Shown in pieces: positions 54,731 to 63,973 of a stretch of 64,000 nt of DNA; the first letter of the stretch is position 1, and every line of letters starts with the position of its first letter. The position numbers were made by a program, and so were the translations under genes. The DNA lies in contig CBDFLG010000001.1 of the NCBI GenBank assembly GCA_965249065.1, positions 1,094,646 to 1,158,645 on the forward strand, in the 5' to 3' direction. This DNA is from Dehalococcoidia bacterium (lineage in GTDB: Bacteria; Chloroflexota; Dehalococcoidia; Lucifugimonadales; UBA3495). The notes beneath the pieces were generated by a model that did no database searches, had not been told where the DNA came from, and worked only from the letters and a program-made list of their open reading frames with translations.

Positions 54731-55771
54731 ATGAAATTCGCCCTGTTTTCCCATGTTCCCTGGCCCGAAGATGCCGCGCCCCGGCAGGTGGTGGACAACA
54801 TCACCGAAGAGTTCTGCGTCGGCGAGCAGTTGGGTTTCGAGAGCGGCTGGCTGGCCGAGCATCACTTCTCCCGCTACGGGCTGGGGTCGGCGTCGCTGCT
54901 GCTGCTGGCCAACATCGCGGCCCGCACCACTACGCTGCGGTTGGGAACCGCGGTCATCATCCCGCCGCTGCACCATCCGGTGAAGCTGGCTGAAGACACC
55001 GCCACCCTGGACCTGCTCAGCGGTGGGCGGCTGGATGCCGGCTTTGGCCGGGGCACCGCAGGCTACGAATACGTCGGCTACAGCGTCGACAGCGATGAGA
55101 GCCAGGTCCGCTTCCAGGAGTCCGTCCGCATCATCGAGGGCCTGTGGACGACGCGGGACTTCTCCTTCGAAGGTGAACACTACCGGGTGGAAAAGGCCAA
55201 CCTGGTGCCGCCGCCGGTGCAGCAGCCCCACCCGCCCATGTTCATCGCCGCCACCCGTAGCCGCGAGACCCAGGACTTCGCGGCGGCCAGCGGACACTCC
55301 GGCATCATCGGAGTGGTGTTGGACACCGGCGACGGGCTGGATCTCTGCCAACAGTTGGTCGAGGGCGCGCGCGATGCCGGCAAGCCCATGGACATGGGCG
55401 GTATCCCTTTCTTCCGCTACTTCTACGTGGCCGACACCGAGGCCGAGGCTCGCCGCGACACCGAGGCCGCCCTCGACTGGACCATGGACGTGAACCAGTG
55501 GCGGCGCACCTACAAGGGTGGCAGCGAAGTATACGACAGCCTGGAAGACTTCCGCAGGACGCGAACAGAGTTTCCGACGTCTTACGAGTACCTGTTCGAG
55601 CACCGCGCCTTCATCGGCAACCCGGAGCGGATCATCGCCAAGATCCGCGCACTGCAGGACACGGGCATCGGATACTTCGGCTGCAACTTCTCCTTCGGCG
55701 GAATGCCGCAGGCCAAGGTGCTGAAGTCCATGGAACTGTTCGCCCGCGAGGTGATGCCAGAGTTTGCGTAA
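54731..55771 (+). CDS. LLM-class flavin-dependent oxidoreductase
   Basis: GFESGWLAEHHFSRYG...RLGTAVIIPPLHHPVKLAEDTATLDLLSGGRLDAGFGRG. Confidence 0.85.
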   Translation: MKFALFSHVPWPEDAAPRQVVDNITEEFCVGEQLGFESGWLAEHHFSRYGLGSASLLLLANIAARTTTLRLGTAVIIPPLHHPVKLAEDTATLDLLSGGRLDAGFGRGTAGYEYVGYSVDSDESQVRFQESVRIIEGLWTTRDFSFEGEHYRVEKANLVPPPVQQPHPPMFIAATRSRETQDFAAASGHSGIIGVVLDTGDGLDLCQQLVEGARDAGKPMDMGGIPFFRYFYVADTEAEARRDTEAALDWTMDVNQWRRTYKGGSEVYDSLEDFRRTRTEFPTSYEYLFEHRAFIGNPERIIAKIRALQDTGIGYFGCNFSFGGMPQAKVLKSMELFAREVMPEFA

Positions 55772-55789
55772 CGGGTGTATGCAGCTCAA

Positions 55790-55822
55790 CCGTTTGTCCT
55801 GCGATAAGCTCAGGACAAACGG
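55790..55822. repeat. REP-B hairpin copy (terminator-like)
   Basis: ccgtttgtcct-gcgataagctc-aggacaaacgg: perfect 11-bp stem, 19 nt after the LLM stop, followed by atttcgcgg. Confidence 0.8.
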
Positions 55823-55879
55823 ATTTCGCGGTGGCCGCGGGACGAACCGTCAGGCAGCAGATAAACGGGAGGAAGCAGC

Positions 55880-57250
55880 ATGACCACCCTGGCCGAGACG
55901 CTGAGCAGCTATGCGGTGTCACTACGCTACGATGACCTGCCCGCCGAGACAGTCCACCTCGCCAAGCGATTCATCATAGACTCCATAGGCTGCGCTCTGG
56001 GCGGCTACAACAGCGAGCCGGCCAGGGTGGCGCGTGAAATGGCCGGGGTCGTTTCCAGCGCGAATCCGGTCACCGTGCTGGGCAGCGGCCAGCAGAGCAG
56101 TCTGGACCTAGCTTCCTTCGCCAACGGAGTGGCGATTCGCTACCTGGACTTCAACGATGGCTATACCAGCAACGAGTCGGGCCACCCCAGCGACAGCATC
56201 GCCGCGTCGCTGTCGGCCACCGAAGCGGCAGGCGGCAGCGGGAAGCGGTTTATCCTCTCTACCGTGCTGGCCTATGAGGTGTTTTGCCGGCTGTGCGACA
56301 CGGTGGACATCAAGCCCAGATTCGACCACGTTACCGTCGGCGGCGTTGCCAGCGCATTGGCGGCGGCAAGGGCGCTGAAGCTGACCCCGGAGCAGACGCT
56401 CCAAGCCGTCAACCTGAACGTCGCCTCCAACCTGGCGCTGTACCAGACCCGCATTGGCGACGTGTCGATGTGGAAGGGCTGCGCTTACGCCAACGCTACC
56501 CGAAACGCAATGTTCGCCGTTATGCTGGCGCAGCGCGGCATCACTGGCCCGTCGCCGGTATACGAGGGGGCCGGGGGATACTTCAACGCCGTTACCAGGC
56601 GTCCCTTCGAGCTGGAATCCATGGGCGGAAGCGGGCAGCCGTTCAAGATTGCCGAGTGCAGCATCAAGCGTTTCCCGCTGGGCCAGTATTCCCAGACGAT
56701 AGCGCAGGCGGTCCTTGAGGTGCGGGAGCAGATGCCGGACGGAATCACCCCGGACTCCGTGGCCGAAATCAACATTGCTACCCTTCAGACCGCGGTCAAC
56801 ATCATGGCCGGCGACCCGGAGAAGTGGCGACCCGCCAACCGCGAGACCGCCGACCACTCCATGCCTTACACCGCCGCCGTCGCGCTGCTGTACGGGGGCG
56901 TGGAGGCTCGCCACTTCGACGACGAATTCCTGTTCGACCGGGGGCTGCTGGGGCTGGTGAGCAAGGTCAACGTCTCGGTGTCGGAGGAGGCCAACCGCCG
57001 CGTACCCGAGGCGATGCTGTGCGACCTGGAGGTTGTGACCACCTCGGGCGAGCGGCACGCGGCACAGGTCGCCTACCACAAGGGCCACTACAAGAACCCT
57101 CTCACCGACGCCGAGGTGGAAGACAAGTTCCGCGCCCTGGCCGCCGAGCGCCTGCCCGCCGCCCGCATTGACGCCCTGCTGGCTCACCTGTGGCACATTG
57201 ACGAAGCGCCGGACCTCAGCGAACTGCTGCGCCTGACGCGATTTGAATAA
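55880..57250 (+). CDS. MmgE/PrpD-family protein
   Basis: YDDLPAETVHLAKRFIIDSIGCALGG...; 456 aa. Confidence 0.85.
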   Translation: MTTLAETLSSYAVSLRYDDLPAETVHLAKRFIIDSIGCALGGYNSEPARVAREMAGVVSSANPVTVLGSGQQSSLDLASFANGVAIRYLDFNDGYTSNESGHPSDSIAASLSATEAAGGSGKRFILSTVLAYEVFCRLCDTVDIKPRFDHVTVGGVASALAAARALKLTPEQTLQAVNLNVASNLALYQTRIGDVSMWKGCAYANATRNAMFAVMLAQRGITGPSPVYEGAGGYFNAVTRRPFELESMGGSGQPFKIAECSIKRFPLGQYSQTIAQAVLEVREQMPDGITPDSVAEINIATLQTAVNIMAGDPEKWRPANRETADHSMPYTAAVALLYGGVEARHFDDEFLFDRGLLGLVSKVNVSVSEEANRRVPEAMLCDLEVVTTSGERHAAQVAYHKGHYKNPLTDAEVEDKFRALAAERLPAARIDALLAHLWHIDEAPDLSELLRLTRFE

Positions 57251-57287
57251 GCCGACTGACCTGCCCGAATAGACAAGGGGGACAATC

Positions 57288-58421
57288 ATGGCCAACGCAC
57301 ACGGCAAGACAATCGCCAACGTCGAGCGGCTGCACCGGCTGATGGACGAAGAGGGGATCTCGGCCATCGTTGCCCGCTCGGGCAAGAACTTCACCTACCT
57401 GTCCGGGTTCGCCTACCCCGGCACCTTGGCGCGGCACCTGGAATTCCCTGATTCTCCCAGGGAAGTGCTGGTGGTGTGGCCGCGAGCGGGTGAGCCGGTA
57501 ATGGTGCTGAATTCCTATGCCGCTCCCTTGGCCCGCCGTGACTCATGGCTGGAGCGCATCGAGGTCTATGACGACTACGCCGAGTCGCCATACGAACGGG
57601 CCGCCAGGGTGTTGGAGCAGTTGGGGCTTGCCGAAGCGACCATCGGGTTCGAGAAGAGCTATGTCAGCGCCAGCCGTTGGGAGGAAATAACCGGGCTGCT
57701 GCCCAAGGCGCGGATTGCCGATAGCACCGAGCTGATGGACCGGGTGCGCTGGATCAAGACGCCCGGAGAGGTCGCCGCCCTTGAGGCCGGCGCCCTTCTC
57801 CTCGACGAGGCCTACTTGGAAGTGCTGCCCAACATCCGTCCCGGCGACACGGAGCGGCTGGTGCACAGCCGCATAATCGAGGGCTGCCTGCGCCGCGGCG
57901 CCAACTGGGCCCACGGCATCCTGAACTCCAGCCGCAACACCGTGGCCTACGGCGGCGAAAGCGACATGGTCCTGGAGGCGGGCGACATCATCCGCAACGA
58001 CTACGTTTCATACCTCAACGGCTACCCGGGCCACCAGTCGCGGAGCGTCTGCGTGGGAACCCCTTCCGATGAGCAGCGGAGGCTGTACCAAGTCACCAGG
58101 GACATCTACCGGGCCACGATAGATCGCTGCGTCCCCGGAGCCAAGACTTCGGACATCTACCACTTCGCCAACGACAGCTTCCACGAGGCCGGGTTTCAGG
58201 GCAACGTCTCGCTGGCCGGGCATGGCGTGGGCGCGTGGTGGCACCAGCAGGAGCCGTACATGGTGCCTTCCAGCAACCGCGTTCTGGAGGAGGGCATGGT
58301 GGTGGCCCTGGAGCCGCACATCGGCTACTGGCACCTGCAGGACATGGTGCTGGTAATTTCAGACGGCCCCAGGCTGCTTTCGCCCCTGTTCGGCACCGAC
58401 GAGATGCTGATTGCGGGCTAG
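57288..58421 (+). CDS. M24-family metallopeptidase (Xaa-Pro peptidase/creatinase-like)
   Basis: Creatinase-like N-domain plus GDIIRNDYVS...GHGVG...LEPHIG. Confidence 0.8.
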   Translation: MANAHGKTIANVERLHRLMDEEGISAIVARSGKNFTYLSGFAYPGTLARHLEFPDSPREVLVVWPRAGEPVMVLNSYAAPLARRDSWLERIEVYDDYAESPYERAARVLEQLGLAEATIGFEKSYVSASRWEEITGLLPKARIADSTELMDRVRWIKTPGEVAALEAGALLLDEAYLEVLPNIRPGDTERLVHSRIIEGCLRRGANWAHGILNSSRNTVAYGGESDMVLEAGDIIRNDYVSYLNGYPGHQSRSVCVGTPSDEQRRLYQVTRDIYRATIDRCVPGAKTSDIYHFANDSFHEAGFQGNVSLAGHGVGAWWHQQEPYMVPSSNRVLEEGMVVALEPHIGYWHLQDMVLVISDGPRLLSPLFGTDEMLIAG

Positions 58422-59917
58422 GGCCGGTTGCGCAGCTCCTCCAGCGCGATGCTTGCCTGTCGCCGCAACTGGCCCGAGGCTACCCGTTCCTCTTCAACCG
58501 CCTTGGAGACGTCAACGGCGTAGGGCGTCCAGGAGCTGGCCAGGGTTTGAAATGCGCCTTCCTCCCGCTCTGCCGCCTCCACCATCAGGGTGTAGACGGG
58601 AAGGAGGAAACCGGACTGCGGGAGGTCCCTCACCTGCCGGGCCAGCCTCCCGGCCTGCCTGCTGAACTCGGTCAGCCGCATACCCGCTTCGACCCGGTCG
58701 CAGCCGCCGTCAGTCGCCCGCCAGTCGGAGAAGCCTTCGTAGAACTGGTTCCATTCATGGACAAAGACCCGGTACTGCACGCCGAAGCCCTTGAGGTCTT
58801 CCAGGTTTTCCGCCGACTTGTCGTTGACTATTTCCTCGATGGACTTCTCCACTTCTTCAAGGGCCGCTACGCTTTCCTCAATGGCGGCGTTAAACTCCTC
58901 CGCCGGTGAAAGTTCCATTTCCTGCGGCCCGTCGGATGCGTCGGGATCCCCGGCAGACGCTTCGGGAACGCCTTCCGTTACTACTTGGGTCGATTCCTCG
59001 GACGAGGTGCGCGCGGCGGGGGCGGGGGTCGGAACCGGGGTGTCGGCGGACTTGGAATCGGTCGGCTCGGACAGGGATTCCGCCAGGTACTCCAGCTCTT
59101 CCAGCTCGATTTCCGCGGCGTCCTGGAGAGTCTCAATCAGTTCCCCGCTGATGTCCGTGGGCGTGAGCTCGCCGATCGCAGAGACTATCTCGCTGAACCG
59201 CTCAATGAGCTGTGCATAGCCCGCAACCCGGGCCTCGGCCTCCAGCCTTCGTTCCTTCTTTACAAGGGTGGAGTAGTCGTCGTGGAAGTCGTCCCAAGCG
59301 TCCGCGATGTCGTCGAAGGTCTTGGAAAACTCCTCCATCTCTGCCACTTCGTCCGCGGTCGGGCCCTCCTCGAACTCGTCCTGAAGCTGGAATGACAGGT
59401 CCGCGACTTCGTTTTGAGCCCGCCCGGCCTCGGCGCGCTTCACTTCGACCGCCTCGAGAAGGGAGATATTGCCGGGTTGCCAGCGGTCCCGCAACTGCCG
59501 GAACGCAGCCTCTTCCGCGTTGGCGGCATCGATCAGCAGGTCGGCCAACTCCATTGTGCTGGTGGTCCTGCGCAGATCCCTGGCGCTGTGGGTGATAGCG
59601 CCGAAAGACACCGCAAAGTCTCGCAGGGCCTCCCGGGCTGTGCCGGGATGACAGGCAGTCAAGTTCGCCTGCCAATCATCAAATTCCTGGTAGAACTGCT
59701 CCCGCTCTTCGCCGATGCTCTGCTGCTGACCGGCGAACTCGTCGATGGTCGCCCGCTCTGCACCTGTCAGAGGCCTGGCAGGCTCAACTGGTGACTGGGT
59801 GGGAAGCAGACCCTGGGGCGCCGGAGTCTCATCTCCGTCTTGGCTACAGGCGATCAACGCGACAAGCGTCAGTATCAGGATGGGCAGGAAAATACGGAAT
59901 CCCAATCGCAGCTTCAT
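58418..59917 (-). CDS. acidic helical lipoprotein with internally duplicated ~130-aa domain
   Basis: Lipobox LIACSQ. FYQEFDDWQANLTACHPG...EEAAFRQLRDRWQP near the N-terminus recurs as FYEGFSDWRATDGGCDRV...EEGAFQTLASSWTP near the C-terminus. No family recognised. Confidence 0.6.
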   Translation of the reverse strand: MKLRLGFRIFLPILILTLVALIACSQDGDETPAPQGLLPTQSPVEPARPLTGAERATIDEFAGQQQSIGEEREQFYQEFDDWQANLTACHPGTAREALRDFAVSFGAITHSARDLRRTTSTMELADLLIDAANAEEAAFRQLRDRWQPGNISLLEAVEVKRAEAGRAQNEVADLSFQLQDEFEEGPTADEVAEMEEFSKTFDDIADAWDDFHDDYSTLVKKERRLEAEARVAGYAQLIERFSEIVSAIGELTPTDISGELIETLQDAAEIELEELEYLAESLSEPTDSKSADTPVPTPAPAARTSSEESTQVVTEGVPEASAGDPDASDGPQEMELSPAEEFNAAIEESVAALEEVEKSIEEIVNDKSAENLEDLKGFGVQYRVFVHEWNQFYEGFSDWRATDGGCDRVEAGMRLTEFSRQAGRLARQVRDLPQSGFLLPVYTLMVEAAEREEGAFQTLASSWTPYAVDVSKAVEEERVASGQLRRQASIALEELRNRP

Positions 59918-59920
59918 AAT

Positions 59921-61279
59921 CTACTGGCCCATTCCCTCGAACTTGCGTATTGCCACGAAATCACTCACCAGGTCCCTCCTGAACTCACCGGAGAACAGTC
60001 TGGTCACCACGCCGGTCAAAGTCTGCGGCGTATCCGCCAGAATGATCAGCATATCCCGGCTCTGGCTCTGGTCCAGCACTATCACCGCGGTGCTGTCCAA
60101 CCCCAGTTCCGGGGCAAATGCAGTTCCCAGCGTGTCGTCCACCCGCACTCCGGCGACTTGCAGGTATTGACTTACCTGTGGCGCGTCTTCAAACAAACCC
60201 AGGAATACCGAGTCCCGGCTGACGTCTTCGACTGAGCCGACCCGGGAAGACAGCCGGTAGGGGGCCAGGCTGTTTTTCATTTGCAGGCCGGTGTTCAGCA
60301 GGGACGGCTGTCCTATCAGTATGTCCACTCCTTCGCCCTGGCCGGTTTCATAAAAATACGGGAAGTCCGACAGGTGGAACTCCCGGACGCTATCCGTAAT
60401 GTAGTCCGCGATGTTTGATACCAGCCGGCCGTTGTCCAGCAGGGAGTCGTTGACCGGCACCATGAAGGTGAAGTCGGCGATGGCCAGCACGTTGCGGCTG
60501 TCGCCCCAGGCGATGGGCGAGAAGCTGCCCACGGTGTCCAGCACCGATGACTTGGTGCCGGGGCCGGCGAAGGCAAGCCCGCCGCCGGGAGACTGTACGG
60601 AACCGGCGTATTCCAGCGTGATGGTGTCCAGTCCTGCGGTGAGTTGGTCGGGCTGGAAGTCCCGAATCAGGATACGCCGGAAGTTGGCGTCGTTCTCTAC
60701 GGTGTTGTAGAGGTAGTCGGCTTGGAAGTCCACACCGAACCGTTTGGCCAGCGCGTTGATGTTCTGGGGACGTCCCGGGTCGGAGACCAGCAGCAGCTTG
60801 CCGCCCTTTTGCACAAACCGTTCCACCAGCACCGCTTCGGTCTCGGTATAGGCCACCTGCGGCAGTATGACAGCGAAGCTGTCGGCCCGACGCAGCTTTT
60901 CCGCCAGTTGAGGCAGGTTGGGTTGGGGCCGGCCTTGACCCTGACCCTGGGCTTCTTTGGCCTCCATCGGATGCAAATCGCCCAGGAACTCCACGTCGAA
61001 GCCCCGCTCCGCCACCCTTGCGGCGAAATTGACCAGTTCGTTTTCCGTGAAGGAGTTTCCGTGTTGCGCGTCCACCACCAGCAGCCCCTGCCGCAGTTGT
61101 CCCGCGGGCAAGCTGACTGAAACGCGGGAGGGTACTGAGGAGGTGTTTATCTGCTCAAAGGGCACGTCCGGCGTGGGAGGCGCGTCATAGCCCCCTCGGT
61201 AAAAGAGAAAGAAGGCCACCAGAAAAGCCGCTGCGGCAAAGAGGGGCAGCAGGGCAAATATCGCCAGTCTAACGAGCAT
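59921..61279 (-). CDS. membrane-anchored protein of unknown function (possibly DUF4350/GldG-like)
   Basis: N-terminal TM helix LAIFALLPLFAAAAFLVAFFLF. The family guess rests only on overall layout. Confidence 0.5.
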   Translation of the reverse strand: MLVRLAIFALLPLFAAAAFLVAFFLFYRGGYDAPPTPDVPFEQINTSSVPSRVSVSLPAGQLRQGLLVVDAQHGNSFTENELVNFAARVAERGFDVEFLGDLHPMEAKEAQGQGQGRPQPNLPQLAEKLRRADSFAVILPQVAYTETEAVLVERFVQKGGKLLLVSDPGRPQNINALAKRFGVDFQADYLYNTVENDANFRRILIRDFQPDQLTAGLDTITLEYAGSVQSPGGGLAFAGPGTKSSVLDTVGSFSPIAWGDSRNVLAIADFTFMVPVNDSLLDNGRLVSNIADYITDSVREFHLSDFPYFYETGQGEGVDILIGQPSLLNTGLQMKNSLAPYRLSSRVGSVEDVSRDSVFLGLFEDAPQVSQYLQVAGVRVDDTLGTAFAPELGLDSTAVIVLDQSQSRDMLIILADTPQTLTGVVTRLFSGEFRRDLVSDFVAIRKFEGMGQ

Positions 61280-62330
61280 TGCCCACGTACAGGTAATAGA
61301 TGTTGGGGTGGTTCAATTCCAAGGGGAACTCCGGCAGGGGGTCTTCCTGTTTCGTTCCCAGCCTGCCGTACAGAATCAGCCCGCGCAGGGCCTCCAGTCT
61401 TTCCAGGCTGCTGTTGGGCTCGATGCCCAGCGATTGTAGGGCAGGGTCGGCGCCGGCGTAATTCCTGCCAAGAAGCGCCAGGGCGTCCGCCGAATCGTCT
61501 CCGCCGCCTGAGGGAGGGAAAATCCCTTCCAGGTCCTTGACGAACTGCCGCAATACCTCCAGGTTCACGTCCACGAGGCCGTAGTTGGAAATGCCTGACA
61601 GTTCGGCGGCCTTTTCGAAGGCGTCGCTGTCGCCGCCGAGTTCGTCGACCAGCCCCAGCCTGACCGCGTGCATTCCCGAGTAGAGGCGCCCTTGGACCAG
61701 TTCGTCCTGGCTGATGCGCAGTTTGTCGCCCCTCTCACTGACCACTATCTGGGCGAAAGCCTCCTTGAGGTCCTCGACGATGCCGAACCACTCTCCCCGG
61801 GAAAATCCGGAGAGCTTATAAGGCCCTGTGGCCAGCACGCTCTCGTCGGGCAATGGGGGGATCAGAGGGTCGGAGAAAGCGACCACGCCCACGTTTCCCA
61901 CCAGGGAGGACGTCTGGGCGTAGGTGTGCGACGCTCCCATGGCCATCATGTAGCCCCCGCTGGCGACCAGGCCGTTCATCACCAGCACCACGGGCTTTTC
62001 CTCCCGCAGCTTGCCCGTCTCTCGATAGAGCCGTTCACTGGAGGCGACGCCCCCGCCGGGACTGGTCAGCTTGATCACCACTGCCTTGATGGAGTCATCG
62101 CGGCGGGCATAGTTGAGGTACTCGCTGATGACGTAGGTGGAATCTTCAGTGATGACCGTGAACGGCACGTCTATCACCCCGATCCTGGGCTGACCGGGAA
62201 AGACAAAGGCGAAAATAAGCAACCCCGCCGCCACGCCCAAGGCTGCCATGAGCGCCGCAACGACGAACCACTTGGTCAGCATTCTTCCAAGGGAGGAAAA
62301 GAGTCCCATTTTTACGAGTCGGTCTCTCAT
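61269..62330 (-). CDS. sppA: signal peptide peptidase SppA (S49, 36K type)
   Basis: VVIKLTSPGGGVASSE...VASGGYMMAMGA... plus an N-terminal TM anchor. Confidence 0.8.
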   Translation of the reverse strand: MRDRLVKMGLFSSLGRMLTKWFVVAALMAALGVAAGLLIFAFVFPGQPRIGVIDVPFTVITEDSTYVISEYLNYARRDDSIKAVVIKLTSPGGGVASSERLYRETGKLREEKPVVLVMNGLVASGGYMMAMGASHTYAQTSSLVGNVGVVAFSDPLIPPLPDESVLATGPYKLSGFSRGEWFGIVEDLKEAFAQIVVSERGDKLRISQDELVQGRLYSGMHAVRLGLVDELGGDSDAFEKAAELSGISNYGLVDVNLEVLRQFVKDLEGIFPPSGGGDDSADALALLGRNYAGADPALQSLGIEPNSSLERLEALRGLILYGRLGTKQEDPLPEFPLELNHPNIYYLYVGNAR

Positions 62331-62643
62331 TCGGATTCAGCTAGACGGGGCGCGAAGTTCCAGGAGCACACTTTGCTTGAGTGCGCATCCGCCCAGTCCC
62401 TAAAACCCGTGTTTCGGCCTGCTAGCTTAACATACGAATACGTTGGGGCAAATGACATGGATTTGTTGGGATAACCTGATTCGCGCCGACGGCCCCCGAC
62501 TCCTCTCGCCCCTAATCAGCACCGGCGAGATGCTGGTAGCCGGGTAGGGCCGGGATGCGCGCCAGCCGTTGTCGTATCGACGAGGCCCCCGACCTGCGCG
62601 AAATGCTGCGTCCGACTCGGGTTGCTCGATAATAACGAACCGC

Positions 62644-62994
62644 CTACGTATGGGAAACCGTAGGCACGTCATCGAGACGCGTCATCAACTCGCCTAGACG
62701 CTGGTCGGATCCTAGCGCTTTGCGCTTCGCTAATTGGTAGAGGAGTTGAATTTGGGTGGACTGCCGGTCACTTGAGAACCCATCAAATTCCACGTAATCT
62801 ATTTCGTCTCCTATCTCGTCAAGTACCGACAGTTTTATCTCGCTATTCAGCCCAGTAGTGCGCGCTGAAATTAACACCGACAGGTTTCCGAATGCCGCCA
62901 CAAAGGTTGATCTGCTGGCAGAACTTTTCCAAGGAACCCGGCCTTGTCCTGTACGCTCGACCAGCTTATCAACAACCTCGCGCATCTCAGCCAT
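62644..62994 (-). CDS. hypothetical soluble protein (second gene of an abutting pair)
   Basis: 116-aa ORF whose ATG (62994) directly abuts the stop (62995-62997) of the upstream gene. AT-richer islet, no family recognised. Confidence 0.5.
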   Translation of the reverse strand: MAEMREVVDKLVERTGQGRVPWKSSASRSTFVAAFGNLSVLISARTTGLNSEIKLSVLDEIGDEIDYVEFDGFSSDRQSTQIQLLYQLAKRKALGSDQRLGELMTRLDDVPTVSHT

Positions 62995-63492
62995 CTAACT
63001 GCCTCCGGTGTTGTCCCTATACGTGATATTGCTTTGCAGAGTTTCCAGTTCTTGTTGAATCGCGTTCAGAATCACATCGAATCTTGGCGCATCTTCCGGT
63101 TCCGTATGTCTATGAAGAGCGCTACTAACTTGGTTTTCCAAGTCAGTAATTTGCGGTATGGCAACTTCGATAGCTTTTCGGAGCTGCTCCAGTTCCGCTG
63201 GCATACTGGCGTGAATCTCGCTCAGCGTCCTTCGGAGAATTTGATACGCCCATATCGCATGGCTCCAGCTTCTTTGACGATGCAGGTCTTTCAGGCGGTT
63301 TATTAGCTCAACCGCCCGCTCAATGTCCACCGAGCTAAGGTTATGGCTGAGCGCATCTCGCGCCTCCCTTGCTGCTTGCTCCGCCGACTTGGCCGCGCGG
63401 CGGGCTAGGAAAGCGAATACAAACCCTACGATACTCGCAACCAGCCCGCCTATACCGATAGCAAGGCCAAGCCAATCCATCCAATTCGCCAT
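62995..63492 (-). CDS. hypothetical protein: N-terminal TM helix + helical domain (first gene of pair)
   Basis: WLGLAIGIGGLVASIVGFVFAFL followed by a long charged helical region. No family recognised. Confidence 0.5.
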   Translation of the reverse strand: MANWMDWLGLAIGIGGLVASIVGFVFAFLARRAAKSAEQAAREARDALSHNLSSVDIERAVELINRLKDLHRQRSWSHAIWAYQILRRTLSEIHASMPAELEQLRKAIEVAIPQITDLENQVSSALHRHTEPEDAPRFDVILNAIQQELETLQSNITYRDNTGGS

Positions 63493-63565
63493 CAGCGCTA
63501 TTGTACCACTCCCCCACCTGTCTCAAACCGCAAGCGGGTTTGGGATTGGCTGGTTCAATTACCCC

Positions 63566-63973
63566 CTACGCCGAAACCTCCTGGTGGCGAGGGTGGAAGC
63601 CGGAGTGGTCCTCGAAGGCGCCGGTTTCCGGGAAGATCTGGCGGTAGAGGCCGCGGGTGCGGGCCTTGATGGTCTTGTTGACTCGCAGGTACAGGGCAGT
63701 GGGATCGGCCTGCTGCTCCTGGTACATCTTGCTTTGCAGCGGGCTGCCGTCTTCCAGTTCCCAGATGCAGAGGTATTTGAGGGCGCCTTCCCCTTCCTCC
63801 AGCTTGAACCGCCTGGCGCTGACGTACCCGGGGATCTCCATGCGCTCCGGAAGGTGCTGCTCATCGTACCATTTGTTGAATTCCGCCTCGTCCTCTGGGT
63901 CAACCTCCATGGTGACCACCAGAACCGTGCTGCCGATGCGCTGAGTGGGGGTGTTGCCGTTCCGTTCCTGCAT
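63566..63973 (-). CDS. EthD/DUF4286-like dimeric alpha/beta-barrel protein (tentative)
   Basis: ATG after GGGAGAGG. VVTMEVDPEDEAEFNKWYDEQHLPERMEIPGYVSARRF pattern. The family assignment is tentative. Confidence 0.5.
   Translation of the reverse strand: MQERNGNTPTQRIGSTVLVVTMEVDPEDEAEFNKWYDEQHLPERMEIPGYVSARRFKLEEGEGALKYLCIWELEDGSPLQSKMYQEQQADPTALYLRVNKTIKARTRGLYRQIFPETGAFEDHSGFHPRHQEVSA

Noticed and set aside
58418-58421. Four-nt overlap of convergent stop codons (CTAG) between the M24 peptidase and the lipoprotein gene.
   Set aside because: It is real in the sequence but is most simply a coincidence of tight packing. There is no evidence of a regulatory role.
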